From Rhizodiscina lignyota (taxonomy: Eukaryota), in assembly GCA_010015805.1 (NCBI GenBank), contig ML978136.1:558001-622000 (forward strand): 64,000 nucleotides of DNA, given 5' to 3'. This document shows, piece after piece, positions 13,415 to 25,896 of the stretch. Within the stretch, counting starts at the first letter, position 1. The number at the start of each line of letters is the position of its first letter. The position numbers and the translations under genes are program-made. The notes beneath the pieces are model-generated. The model did no database searches. It was not told the origin of the DNA and saw only the letters and a program-made list of their open reading frames with translations.

Positions 13415-13804
13415 TTAAATCACAGGCTGAATCGTAGTCCCGTCCTCAGCCAGCTCATCCTGCGGCGACCGCTTCTCCGTGCCGCTCTCTTCAACCTCTT
13501 GAAATAAGCCCTGTGGCGCGCGCTTCTGCTCTCCAGAGTCGTCGACACTCAGGTAACTAAGTTGAGCAGTTCGTTTAATGACTGGGAGCTCGCTCCCGTC
13601 GGCCTCTTCAACTTCGGGAAACAGGCCTTGTGGGGCACGTTTCTCCTCTCCAGAGTCGTCAACAGTCAGGTAGCTGAGTTGAGCAGATCGTTTTATGACT
13701 GCCAGATCACTATCGTCGGTGATGGCAGGATAGAGGCCTGCGACGGGTGCGGCGAGGGTAAGAGTGGCCGCAGATAGGGCGGCGAGGAGTGGGAGGAGAA
13801 GCAT
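13415..13804 (-). CDS. Secreted Kex2-processed repeat protein (KEP, peptide precursor), 129 aa
   Basis: Hydrophobic signal peptide MLLLPLLAALSAATLTLA. Five KR sites delimit alternating repeats [ST]AQLSYL[TS]VDDSGE[EQ]KR and APQGLF[PQ]EVEE...KR. Confidence 0.85.
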   Translation of the reverse strand: MLLLPLLAALSAATLTLAAPVAGLYPAITDDSDLAVIKRSAQLSYLTVDDSGEEKRAPQGLFPEVEEADGSELPVIKRTAQLSYLSVDDSGEQKRAPQGLFQEVEESGTEKRSPQDELAEDGTTIQPVI

Positions 13805-14502
13805 GACTGGTTGATGGTGTATATTAATGAAGACTGACTTGGGTATAGGTCAGAAGTGGTTGTATCGTGGTCGAAATATGGTTCGAGAAGCTTTGCAATC
13901 GACGGCGATGTTGAGGTCATCACAGCTCTCCCGCTGTCCTTTTATATTGTGGTTTTTGCGCTAGAGTCTGCCTAGATGGCATCTACTTCTCGTCTGCCTT
14001 GCGACGATCCAAACATATCGAAGTCTCTCGGTGGGGCCAAAACCGAGGGATGTCTTCGCGATGCTTTTTATTCGCAAGGTCGAGTGGAGTGAGGTTGTAT
14101 TACAACCCATGTCCGGTATGCGATCAGGCACCGAAATATGCGATGCTTATATACCTATATTCCTGCTTCAGTTAGCTCTAGAAGAAAGTCTCGGGCACAT
14201 GTAGAGAGTATTGGCGAAGTTGAAGCTGAATCAAGTTGTAGATAGCAACTTCAACTGCACCTAGCACTTAGCGCCCGTGACTTTTGCGTAACTGTATCAA
14301 GTTGGATTGTGATGGAAGAGATTCCTGTTTTGAATTCAATGGTATTTGTACAAGAACTGAAGAGAATTGATCCTTGGTCAAGCGGTGTGAAGCTTGACAA
14401 ACGTGAGTTCATTGACCTCCTCTGATGCCTCCTTAGTGAACGCCATGCTATGCAACAAATCATCAAATCGTGGAAATGACCTCGCTCGTAAACCATTTGC
14501 CA

Positions 14503-15234
14503 TCACTTCTTGATCTGCTTTGAGACCGTACGTCGTTGCTTGACAGCGGGGAATGTCATGCGATTCTGCACCTTCCGAGATCTCTTGATACGTATCTTCC
14601 TGCCGTCATCGCGTCTGCCTCGAGTCGTTTTAGAGTGCCGTCGCTTGCCAGTCGTAGGTTCGTCGACTTCCATCTCTGTAAAAGAGGCGAAAAATCAGTA
14701 TGCATCTCCAAAGTGCTCGGGATTTACCCGGAACGTTGATGGTAGTGCATCCTTCAAGACGTCGAACTTGAAGCCAAGGCCTTCTCCTCCTTCCGCAAAT
14801 GCCACATCGCGCGAGAGGCCTAGCATGAAGATGAACCGTCCCGAAAGCTCCTTATTGATCTCGCTCTTCGTCTTCGGCGCCATTGCCTCAGAGGCGCGTG
14901 ATGCAGTACTGTGCGGGGTGCCTGCAGAGGCTTGAGACCCACCTTCAGTGTTGCCGCTTGCTGGCTCATCGTGTGAATCGGTTGGGTCGTTGCTTGCTGC
15001 CTTCTCTGGATCTGCGAGCGCATCAAATTTCGATGGTGAAGTAGGCTGAGATTTTAACTGACCGTTGGCCTTGTCCACCTCCATCTCTGGCCTCTCTGGC
15101 TTCGGCTTGGCGGCTAGATCCTGGAGTCTTTCTGAGAGGCGCTGTGTACGTGCAGATTCGACAGGACCGAAGACAGCAGCTCGAAGGCGTGACCTTTTGG
15201 CCTTGTTCGTACTCGCACGCGCTGATTTCGCCAT
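14503..15234 (-). CDS. Small basic DUF2423/UPF0642 (YBL028C-like) protein, 3 exons
   Basis: N-terminus MAKSARASTNKAKRSRLRAAVFGPVESARTQRLSERL is typical of the family. Introns ~15011-15063 and ~14677-14942 lead into a K/R-rich tail EMEVDEPTTGKRRHSKTTRGRR...QIKK*. Confidence 0.75.
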
Positions 15235-15881
15235 CGTTCGTGTTGAATGGGGATTCGATGGATTTCGCTGGTGATAGGGGTTGGCTTGTGGTGTTGATTG
15301 TTGATCGATGGGAGCGGGGTGGGGTGTTATTTATAAGGAAGACGCGAACGCCAAATTTGCGCGACTGCAGGCAGAAGCGAGTGAAGTCGGTGGTGTGTTG
15401 TGTCGAAAATAATGTGGGGCTCTCTCGGAGCCGCGCTGCGGGATGCTTGGCGGGCTCGACGACCTTCAATCGATAACTGATCGTGAGGCTGCCTGATGAA
15501 ACCTTATACCTCCTCGAATGCTGCCTGAGCTGGTTCTTTGCGCTTGACTAGCCCGCCGTGTGAATTCCACGCCGTTTTCCTGCCTTTGCCACCGTTTGGT
15601 AAGACAGCTTTCGAGTGAATCACTGGCGACACCGAGCCATGACCGATAGCTGCCGGTAACACAGTCAAAACGTTCCCAACTTCGACCTGCCTTTTCACCT
15701 CCTTCAACCATTCGCATCTGCCATGTCCACACGCCACCGACCCAAGAGCTGTCGATTTCTATTGGTTTTCCTCTCAACAGCGCGCCTTCCATTTACGGGA
15801 GTTGCGACAGACGCCTCATCTTGACGCTAAGTTAGACCAACGGTGCTTTCTACGGGCACACGCTCGCCGGAACAACGAAAA

Positions 15882-17803
15882 ATGGCGTCTGCCTATTCCA
15901 GTACCCCGTCGCTGCAAGCACAAGCGGATACTCTCTCTCGAAGAGTAAAACAATTGATCAATACCCGCTTGAAAGCAATATGCAAGCAAGAAAAGCTGGG
16001 GGTTACTGGAGTGAAGGCCACCCTTCAGCAGAGGGTGATTGACCGTACGTTCCTCATTTCACCATCGAGAATTATTAGTTACGCGCAAACACCTTGTTAT
16101 CCATTGATTGGACGACACCACTGACTGGTTGGTCGCGTGACAGATATTCACCAACGCGCACGAAGCGGAGACACAGCTGCAATTGCACGATTAACCTCCG
16201 AGATCCACCCTCAAGGCAACCCTCCGCCCACTGGTGCGCCTGCCTATAACTTAAGTTCATCGCCACCGGCTGGTTCACACTACACTATGACAAACGGTTA
16301 CACTACTGGGGCTCACGGCTCGTCTTCGCGATCCCACCTCGCATCCCATCAGCGTAAGTGGAAAATGCGATGGAGTTGAAGTGTAGCTAATATTGGGATA
16401 GGCCGAATCAACTACAAAAAGAGCCCGTTCTATGAAATTCTGGAGTCTGTGACAAAGGAACTGGAGATTCCAAGTAAGCCAGAGGGTTTGTCTTCCCCAA
16501 GCACTTGAAGAAACTAAAGCACCTTACAGAACTAGAGGGACATCGCCAGTCACTTGCGTTGAAGATGGAGCTTTTAGCAGCTCAAGTGGATCGTATGAAG
16601 ACGGAGCAGAATCTCCGCATCATGCTGTTCTGCGCTGGAGACCCAATCATAGGCTCTTCCCTCTCCAGCGTAGATATTGCATTTCCCCATCAACTGGAAA
16701 TAAAAGTCAACAACGAAGAAGTCAAGGCTAATTACAAGGGGCTTAAAAACAAGCCCGGAACCACGAGGCCGGTAGACATCACTTCGTTCTGCCGTACCAA
16801 GGTCGCGGGCGCCGAGAACAACATTTCCGTCATGTTCGCACTGACATCCAAGAAATACTACATGCAGGGCATGTTAGTCAAGAAGCATTCCGTGAAGGAG
16901 CTGACTGATCGCATTCAAAATGGCAACCAGATTACCAAGCAGCGTGTGATCAACGAGAGTATGTTAATTGAGAACGAGCGTTTAATGCACGGAAGCTGAC
17001 TCGACTTAGTGCTTGCAAAAGCCAATGACCCTGACATTGAGGCGACATCCACAACCCTATCACTCAAAGATCCAATTTCTACTTTACGACTGAGATATCC
17101 CTGCCGCTCTATCACCTGCTATCACAATCAATGCTTCGACGCTATGATGTTTCTCGAACTTCAGGAGCAAGCTCCAACATGGACCTGTCCCGTTTGCAAC
17201 AAGGTTGTTGTATTCGAAGGTCTTGCCGTAGATCAATACGTCGAGGAGATTCTTCGGGAGACCTCGAAGTCTACCGAGCAAGTAACAATCGAGCCGAATG
17301 GTGTTTGGAAGGTTTCCGCAGAGTCCACATCCAATTCTAGGAACAGTGCTCCAGACGATGACGACGATGATAGCGATGATCTCGTCGAGATTTCCGGTTA
17401 TCGCCTCAAAGACCTCAAAGCCGAAACCCCCGTCACACCCTACTCCTTCACCAACACTCCGCCTCTTCCAGATCCTACCTCTGCAACACGTAACGGTACA
17501 GGCGGAGCAGGATCGAAGCGCAAGGCTGAAGTTATAGACCTCACGCTTAGTGACGACGATGCCCCGGCCCCAAAGCGGCCAGTACACTCTTCCGCTCGTT
17601 CATCTTCCCATCTCCACGATCCTCTGCGGAATGGCTACTTGACACCAACTGGAGGTAGCACTACTCTCTCTTCCAACGTAATCGATCCCTTCAGAATCAA
17701 TAGCACCTCTTCAAATCACGGCTTCTCGCTTCCTCAGCCCTCCCGCACCACACCCCAGCAAGGCGATTATTCGCGCGGCTACCCATCTACTTACAACCGA
17801 TGA
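15882..17803 (+). CDS. Siz/PIAS-family SUMO E3 ligase (SAP, PINIT, SP-RING/zf-MIZ), multi-exon
   Basis: SAP-like LKAICKQEKLGVTGVKATLQQRV, PINIT-like GLKNKPGTTRPVDIT, SP-RING LSLKDPISTLRLRYPCRSITCYHNQCFD...WTCPVC, and SIM-like EVIDLTLSDDD. Confidence 0.92.
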
Positions 17804-20397
17804 CAGACACCCGCTGCCTCGTTTCGCGAACCTCGGACAACACAAGACATTGATTGCATCTTACTCTAAGCATTCGTTTCTTGCTGACCGTGTTTTTTCT
17901 TTCAAGACTCCGTCAGCCAACCGGTACCCGTTCCTAACGAGATTAAGACAACGCTACGAGGCAGCCACCTGAAGATGTCTTACACACAAAATGAGCGCGG
18001 CAGCACCACATCGAACCTCAGAATCAACCCTGGGCTCAAGAATCGTTCAGCACGAGACCAAAAAATGACTGGAAGAAGACAAAATCACATCAAACAGAGG
18101 CAGCGCAACCGGGAATTTGAGCAGACGATGGTTGCGGCACTTGATCAAGTGATTGCTGAGGTGATCGCGAAAATGCGATAGAGGGAAAAGTCGTAATGCA
18201 TTGTTCGGAGCATATTGCGTGGCGTTCTTCTGGGTTTATTATGTGGGGTTTGGGGCATTGCATAGGCGAACGAATGGGCTGCGAAACGAAAGATATCCAA
18301 GGGTGGAGTTCATAGGCCATGATCTGTCGGTTCTTTCTTTTTTTCGCTTTCCTTTCGCTTCTTTCGGTGTCTTTCATAGAGCTGCTGGGCATGTTTTCGT
18401 ACAACTACATTCGTGTAGTAAAACGTACCTCAACGATCATGGTTCAAAATGCGCCGGGCATCTTTTTGCTTCCGCTATGGCTGTGCGTACTTGATCTTGA
18501 AATATGACTGTTGAACTCAGATCTCGTTCGCGTTCAGAGTTATCTTCAATGCAGAGGCTTAACTTGCAACAACTGAGGATTCGCCTTGTTCAAGAGCCCC
18601 AACATGTCGCCTGTCATTAAAGTGGCCTACGAAACAAGTGTCCCATTGACAGTACTAACAGACGAAAATGGAGATGGGAAGAGAATGGTTCAAAGAACGT
18701 GCCTCGCAATTTGGAACACCCATAGTAAATTGTGCTTATCACTAAGTCTAACTATTCCCAAGATGTACAAATGTCTTAGGAGCGTCTGCAAGTTAAAGGC
18801 ACCGGTAACGCAGATAAGTTAAGACTAATATGTTAGACGACCCCAACCCCAGCTGTCCTCGCCCCAATACTGTCTTACATCAAGCAACGATATCGATCTG
18901 CAGGGAATATAATATCTAATCACTATGTAGGCTCGAGCCTTACGGTGCACTGGGAAGGGAGAAGTGCCGTGTTGATCGGCTTTCAATTTCAAAGCAAAAA
19001 CCTTGACGCGCTCCAGAGAGCAGAGATATTTACCAAGAGAGCTCATCGTCAGCTCGTTGTCAGATGCAGCGGTGCGAACGGATGTCTTGCATCGGATCCA
19101 CGGTTCAAACATATCCGGCTGCGTTTCTTGAACAACATGGACATAGACCTCTGGAAAACAACATAGAAATTTAAGCTGAATAGGCTATGACTCTCGGGGA
19201 AGGGCAGAGCGTGGTCAGCCCGGCAGCCGTGTGAATGCCGCGATGCGTTGATGGGATATGCTGCTCATCCAACCCCTTCCAACTCTGGAAGGATGGATCC
19301 ATATGACTGCAAAGAAGACATGTTGATGTAAGAGAACGCAAGCAAAGTTGCGAGAGAACTGCCAGTAGCAGGACTCGTAATTGTGGTCGGTATGTTGTTC
19401 ATCTGAATTGGGTGGACTAAAGGAGAGTCTAATTTAACAGTTTTCCCTAAGACGCATTGGGTAAGTAGGCAGGCACCGATCCGGTTTTATTCGCTGGAAA
19501 GGGTATAGAGTTGCAGCTAAGAAAACTTTTCTCACTCGTGAAATCACAACGCCCTCGTTGGCTACGGCAGTCGCTTCATCAAGTACGAAAAGGCAGGGGG
19601 TAGTAAAGACGATATTAGATTCTTCCTAATCGAGGGCGAAATCGTACGCGCGCGGAACAATCAGACTCGAAGGAGGAACGCGGCGTACCGTGTATTTCAA
19701 GGAATCATGCCGACGTGTAACCCCAGTTTCATGTTTGCTTCGCCATCTGGCACTTACGCAGGGCTTGTCGGGACCCCGCATAGTATTATCTCATGTCAGC
19801 CACAATCGAAACAAGAAACGATATGCAAAAGTAGAGATGTCGAGGCCGCCATAACGCTACCTTATGGCGAGCGCAAGAACCTCGTCAAGAACGAGACGCC
19901 GTCCTGCTTAGTTCCGCCAGCCGGTTAATCGCATTGCCGTTACCTCCAAGAAGCCTAGTTCTCCCATAATACCATAACGTATTGGCCATCCACCCGCAAT
20001 TTCACTGGCGCAAAACGCCAAGAGTCTTCTCCACACTTCAGAGCGCGACGGGACTAGCGGCCGAAGAACATCCTAATGGAGCAGGTGCAGGCCGTCTCGT
20101 GGCTGGGCCTCGTCACGAACGCCGAGCGTGGTTTGTCGTGTTGTTGGAAGGATTGCATAGCGCCTCCATACATTTGTGGTCCTAGTCATGTCGGATGTGC
20201 GACTACGATGTCTATGGTAAGGCAGAATCGGCCCAACCACGTCCAGAGGCGGGTTACCGCGAACCCGTCACACAAAATTTTGCGACTGGCGCACTTGGCG
20301 CTTCTGACAGCCGCCTGAGATACAAATAGAGGACCCTTGGCTGTAACCTGAGCCGCAGCTCACTCTGTGCAAATTCTTCTCGCACGACATCGCCATC

Positions 20398-22435
20398 ATG
20401 GGCACCGAATCACCAAAGTACGACGAAAAGGATGTCTATCCAGCGGCCACTGATGTCGACCAAGGCGAAGTCCACGAAAATGCGGACCAGCTTCAACGAC
20501 GACTCGGCAATCGACAGATCCAGCTCATCGCCATCGGTGGCTCAATTGGTACTGCCCTCTTCGTAAGTATCAACTCGGCTCTGTTTCATGGCGGCCCCGG
20601 CTCGTTGTTCCTGGCGTACACTATCTACAGTATCATGCTTGGCCTTGTCAACAACTGTGTCGCCGAGATGTCCACCTACATGCCTGTCTCTGGAGGCTTC
20701 ATTCGATTATCGGGCAAGTGGGTCGACGATGCCTGGGGCTTCATGGCAGGCTGGAACTTCTTCTTTTATGAAGCTCTCCTGATCCCCTTCGAGATCACTG
20801 CGCTTAATCTAGTGCTGTCGTATTGGAGAGATGATATTCCGGCCGGTGCTGTTTGTGGCGTGGCCATCTTCCTCTATGCGTGAGAATATACCCTTTCTTT
20901 CCTTCTTCAGGCCCAAAAGCAGCTCCCACCGGAACGGATCAGCTTAATCCAAAGCGCCAACCAGTCCAAAAGCAGCTTCTCCATTCCTAAAGCACCTACT
21001 TACCCCCAATCCGACGTGCAAGTGCTAAACACTCATCCTACAGTTGTCTAAACGTTCTAGCAGTCAGGGCTTATGGCGAAGCTGAATTCTGGCTGTCCGG
21101 CGGAAAGGTCATACTTATTATGATCCTATTCTCTTTTACATTCATCACCATGGTTGGCGGTAATCCGAAGCACGACGCATACGGCTTTCGCTATTGGAAT
21201 AATCCTGGGTCCTTTGCGCAGTACAGAACCACTGGCGATCTAGGTCGTTTCGAGGGCTTCCTCGCCGCACTCTGGTCTGCATCTTTCTGTGTTGTAGGCC
21301 CTGAGTACATTTCCATGGTTGCCGCGGAGGCCAAGAGGCCGCGCATCTACATTAAGCAGGCCTTTAAAACCGTATACGTCCGATTCGGCGTCTTTTTCAT
21401 CGGTGGTGCTCTGGCTGTTGGCATTATTCTTCCGTACAACGATCCAACTCTCACCGATATTCTGACTGGAAGTGGAAGCGGCTCTGGCACTGCTGCTGCG
21501 TCGCCCTATGTCATTGCTATGACCAACCTTGGTGTCGAAGGACTCCCGCACCTAGTAAACGCTCTGATGATTACGTCCATATTTTCCGCAGGCAACACAT
21601 ACACTTATGCCGCAACCCGCACTCTTTATGGCTTGGCGTTGGTAGGTTACCCTGTACCAGCCGTTGGCGCAAACATCAATTTTGGAATTGTGCTAATTTG
21701 AATTTTAGGAAGGACGGGCCCCGAAGTTCCTCCGCTATTGCACAAAAAGCGGAGTTCCCATCTTCTGCTTTATTATCGTCATGTGCTTCCCATGCCTGTC
21801 CTTCCTCCAGCTATCTAGCGGATCAAACGAGGTTCTTACATGGCTTGTGAATCTGATTACGGGTGAGTCACAATATTATTCCACGGCAGACTCGACCCTT
21901 GCTAATGCATTCTATGTGACTTAGCTGGAGGTATTATTGACTACATCGTTATGTGTGTTACTTATCTCTGCTTCTACTATGCTTGCCAGGCTCAGGGTCT
22001 CGATCGGAATACGCTTCCTTATACTGGTTGGTTTCAGCCATACTGCGCATATATTGGACTCGCGTGGATGTTTACCGTGGTTATGTGTTACGGATATTCC
22101 GCTTTCAAACCATGGGATGTCACGACCTTCTTTACAGACTACACCATGGTCGGGGTAGCGCCTATCCTGTTTGTCGGCTGGAAGCTGATCAAGAGGACGA
22201 AGCCTGTTAGATCTCACGAAGCGGATCTCGTCTGGGTTCGTATCCTGTTGTGCAAACATGAAACTCGGGCTTGCGCTAATTTGCTCCTCAGGAGGCTCCA
22301 ATTATCGATGCATATGAGGCCACATTCTACGAGAAACCTCTCGGGTTCTGGATTGAGCTTGTGCAGATGGTCGGTTTCCGCAGGAAGGGCTTGGGCGACA
22401 GAAGGCGGAGCAGTGTAGTCGTCGATCCTGAGTGA
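20398..22435 (+). CDS. Amino-acid permease (YAT family, Agp2-like), multi-exon
   Basis: LQRRLGNRQIQLIAIGGSIGTALF, YGEAEFWLSGGKV, GFRYWNNPG, SPYVIAM, LPYTGWFQPY and many TM segments. The spliced last exon ends ...RRSSVVVDPE* at 22435. Confidence 0.93.
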
Positions 22436-22945
22436 GATTACGACTGGCATGCAATGATTCGGCCTTGTAGGGTGGCTCAAACTCTTTACCCATTGCTTTT
22501 GTATATTAGAGTTTGATAGATACCCAAGTTCGAACGTTCGTTAATGTCACAAACGAGTCAATGACGTTTTCGCGCACGAATGGAAATTCTGAATGTATGG
22601 ATTCCAAAGAGAGAGTGAATCCCGTGACGCGGGATTAAACTGTGGGGATTTGTCTAACTAATAAGCCGGACATGAAAACATGGGAATTAGTGGCGCGTTC
22701 TCGTGTAATCCTCAGCATCTGATTTGCCAATTCGTCTGTGGTGCAGTGCTTCGCTTCGATCCGTTGCTGCAGATCTGTCAATCAGATCATTCCTACCCGA
22801 TACTCCCTGCTCTCCTGCTCCCCTGCCGCACATATTTCTTTTGATGATACTCAACAGCATTGTGCCTTAACCCCCTGTGAACACTGTCGTTCTGGACTCA
22901 CAGAGTCGTATTCGTTGTGAAGCCCTAACTTAAGCCTTCTTTCCC

Positions 22946-24066
22946 TCACAACATGCTCCCACCAACGTTGTAGGTCTCGTCGATCTCCGTCACAACTCTG
23001 GCTCGGACACTTCGGCCTCGGACTCGGTTCAGCTTGCCTTCAGTGGTGCATATGATATTGTATCTTTCATACGACTTATCTCTGGTGGCCTTCAGTTCAC
23101 CTCCTACTACGATATCTTTCGCCGTCTTGAGAATCAAGGTGGCGTTACGCTCCGCAGCTGGGACCTTGACCAGCTTTTCCACCATAATTGATCGAATGCG
23201 CTCCGACACCTCGTCACAAAAGGTGTGAGGTGATATAACAACGACCTTGAGCTCGTGTCCTGGTAGGATATCGAAATGGACCCAGAACATACATTCTGCA
23301 GGATATCGTATACTTGTAGCCTGACGATCAAAGTAGTGGGCGCTCCACTCCAGATCCAGATGTCTAACGTTTCCCATCGGCGCGTAGTTTATCATAGACG
23401 ACAAATACGAATCGGCGACCGCTTTTTCTTCCTCTGTTGTGTATGATACGTTGCCACAGCTCACCCGAAACCGTCGGGGGCTGTAGAAGATGGGGAGACT
23501 CTCTTCACGAATTCGTCGATTCGTTCGTGCGATGGGCGGACTGGTAGGGGGTATGAAATGGCCCATATGGGGTTCAACTACCATTTTCACTCTGTCATTG
23601 CCGCAGGTGGCGTTGTAGAAGGCCTCGTACACGAGAAGTCGAAGGTCGGTTGGAAGATCAAGAAACCTGAAAGGCTCCTTCACTGTTACAATTGATGAGA
23701 GCAATACAACTGCCTTAGAAGAAAGGCTGAAATGAGCTGACCCAGGTCCTCTTCGTCTTCGAATGGTTCCAAGCCGCTAACCAACTCCGTCGATGTGTCG
23801 AGATCCGTGATGCCGTAAGAGCCAAGGTCAAGCTCCTTTTTGTCTTCGATTGGGTTTAAGATGTGCTCCAACGGATCTTCTGCCAATGTGTCGGAATCCA
23901 TGTCGTGAGAGTCAAGGCCAGGGTTCTCTTCGAGTTCGGCTGGGCTCAAGATGCGGTACTGCTTTGGAAATGGGTCTAAATCTGTGTCGGAAGAGTCAAG
24001 AAGACCAAGGCTTTCGTCGTTAGATGCATGGATGCTATCCAACTCCGTCGATATGTCGAGATCCAT
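22946..24066 (-). CDS. F-box-like/2EXR-like fungal protein with acidic N-terminal exon, 2 exons
   Basis: PFRFLDLPTDLRLLVY motif followed by PPIARTNRRIREESLPIFY. The D/E-rich exon 1 splices in frame (G|gtcagc...gtaacag|TG AAG). Confidence 0.7.
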
Positions 24067-24084
24067 GATGCCGTAAGAGCCAAG
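23781..24084. repeat. 46-bp direct repeat (23781-23826 and 24039-24084)
   Basis: ccaactccgtcgat[g/a]tgtcgagatcc[g/a]tgatgccgtaagagccaag, 44/46 identical. Confidence 0.9.
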
Positions 24085-24305
24085 ACAAAGGCTGTATGTT
24101 GTCTCAAGAGCAGATGGCTGAGGACAAGAGGAGGAGGAAGAAGGAGGAGAAAAGGGAAAGAACCCGCGGGAAGAGAGTTAAGGAGCGCGTGCGAAAAATA
24201 AACAATATGGTTCCGACTTCGGCCCCAGCGGCTGTTACCGGTTCTACGGCAATGTACAGAGTATCTTATTATATCATTTCATTCGCAAACAGAGCGTCCA
24301 TCCAC

Positions 24306-25241
24306 TCAAGACTTCGATTTCGAATCCTTGCCAAGGATCCAATTGGATTGAAACTCTGTGAAGTCAACCATACTTCCTGGCTCGTACACTTCTTTTGTAT
24401 TCTTAGTCGTAACCTGATCCATCTTCAGCAAGCATTCCTCTACCGTCCGCATTTGGTTATCTCCCTCAAGCACTCCCCACACACTCTTTCCTACCGCCCA
24501 ACCTGACGTGTTAAACACCTCACCGCTGATCTTGCACCCTTCACTCGCTAATGCTAGGATCATCGGTACATTCCCTTCCGGCTTGTAGCGCGTCTTGAAT
24601 AGCTCCTGAACATCCTCCGAGAACCGCTGGATATGCCTCTCCATCGTCGGTGCATATGCAATCGGACTCACACAGTTGACTTTGATATTGAAGGGTGCAC
24701 CCTCCATTGCGAGCGTCTTGTTCACACCGAACAGCGCCCCCTTGCTGAAGGTGTACGTGCTGGCCGTTGGAAAGCCTAGCATCCCGTCCGAGGTAAAGTT
24801 TACTATGCGTCCATAGTTCTGGGCTTTGAAATGCGGCCAGGCGGCTTTGGCGATGCTAATTGGCGCAAGAACGTTTGCTTCGAAGCTCGCGCGAAAGTCA
24901 TCATCGGTCAGGTTCTCGAAATGCTTCCAGGGGATCGCACCGAGAATTGGGTTGACCACAGCGTCGACACGGCCGAACTTGCTCACCGTCTGTGAGATGA
25001 TCTCGGAGCCATTCACTGCGGATAGCGTGATACCGTAGGCGGAACGCCCGTCAGAAACAAGCTCTTCTACCAGATTGGCGGTTGCTTCAGCGTTGATGTC
25101 GTTGACGACCACGTTTGCGCCCCCCTCTGCTAAGGCGCGGCATATGACACGCCCAAGCTTTCCGGTACCTCCTGAAACTATCACCGTCCGATTCGTGAAG
25201 GTATCTGGCCCGCAAGGTGCCGGCATGCTTGATGCATCCAT
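24306..25241 (-). CDS. Short-chain dehydrogenase/reductase (similar to the peroxisomal multifunctional enzyme dehydrogenase domain), 311 aa
   Basis: VIVSGGTGKLG Rossmann motif, GANVVVND, AAWPHFKAQNYGRIVN and catalytic YTFSK. Single intact ORF. Confidence 0.88.
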   Translation of the reverse strand: MDASSMPAPCGPDTFTNRTVIVSGGTGKLGRVICRALAEGGANVVVNDINAEATANLVEELVSDGRSAYGITLSAVNGSEIISQTVSKFGRVDAVVNPILGAIPWKHFENLTDDDFRASFEANVLAPISIAKAAWPHFKAQNYGRIVNFTSDGMLGFPTASTYTFSKGALFGVNKTLAMEGAPFNIKVNCVSPIAYAPTMERHIQRFSEDVQELFKTRYKPEGNVPMILALASEGCKISGEVFNTSGWAVGKSVWGVLEGDNQMRTVEECLLKMDQVTTKNTKEVYEPGSMVDFTEFQSNWILGKDSKSKS

Positions 25242-25896
25242 ATCGGCGCTTAGAGAAAAGAGAAGCCAGGACGCGACGAGCCGCCTCCAACTGGTTCCCT
25301 GGTGTTCACTGCTACCTCAAGTACCGTACTCTTGACAATTATTCTACTTCTAACAGAACATGATTTAATAGCTGATGTTTTGCGTCAACGTCATCCCATG
25401 GGTGAAAGATGCTCCGAGTCAGATGAGAGAATGGATCCATGGATGCATCCTTTGGGCATGTTCCTGTATACACCGACGATAATGGAGTCTTAGAGGCTGC
25501 TCTGTTGGCATATCTCAATGGTCCCAAGAATGAGGGATGGATCTCGTCGAGTTGGCTGTAGATCAAGTGTTGAAGGATTCTCTTACTCGCGCCACAGTAG
25601 AATAAGGGATAGCGTAAGCTTCACTAAAGAGGAATAGCGGCACACGAGGTCTGAGCCCGCTCAGCACAACTTCGAGAGCATCTTTCTTTATATGCACATG
25701 ACATGAAGAGGTCATTGATTGCGATGATGCTCTCCGCTACTGGCTCGATAAGTATGTATCCTGCTATTCCCCGCGTGCGGGTAAATGCACAAAGCTGGAC
25801 TGCCCAGCGAAGCGGCAGTTCATTCCGAGGCATGTCAGGTATTTCTACTTCTGAAGCCATGCTTTCCAAATATACAAGTTTCCTGTAATCCTCACG

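Noticed and set aside
13415..13804. Alpha-type mating pheromone or dikaritin RiPP cluster
   Set aside because: Repeats lack the Cys/Trp pheromone pattern, and no DUF3328, tyrosinase or other tailoring gene is visible nearby.
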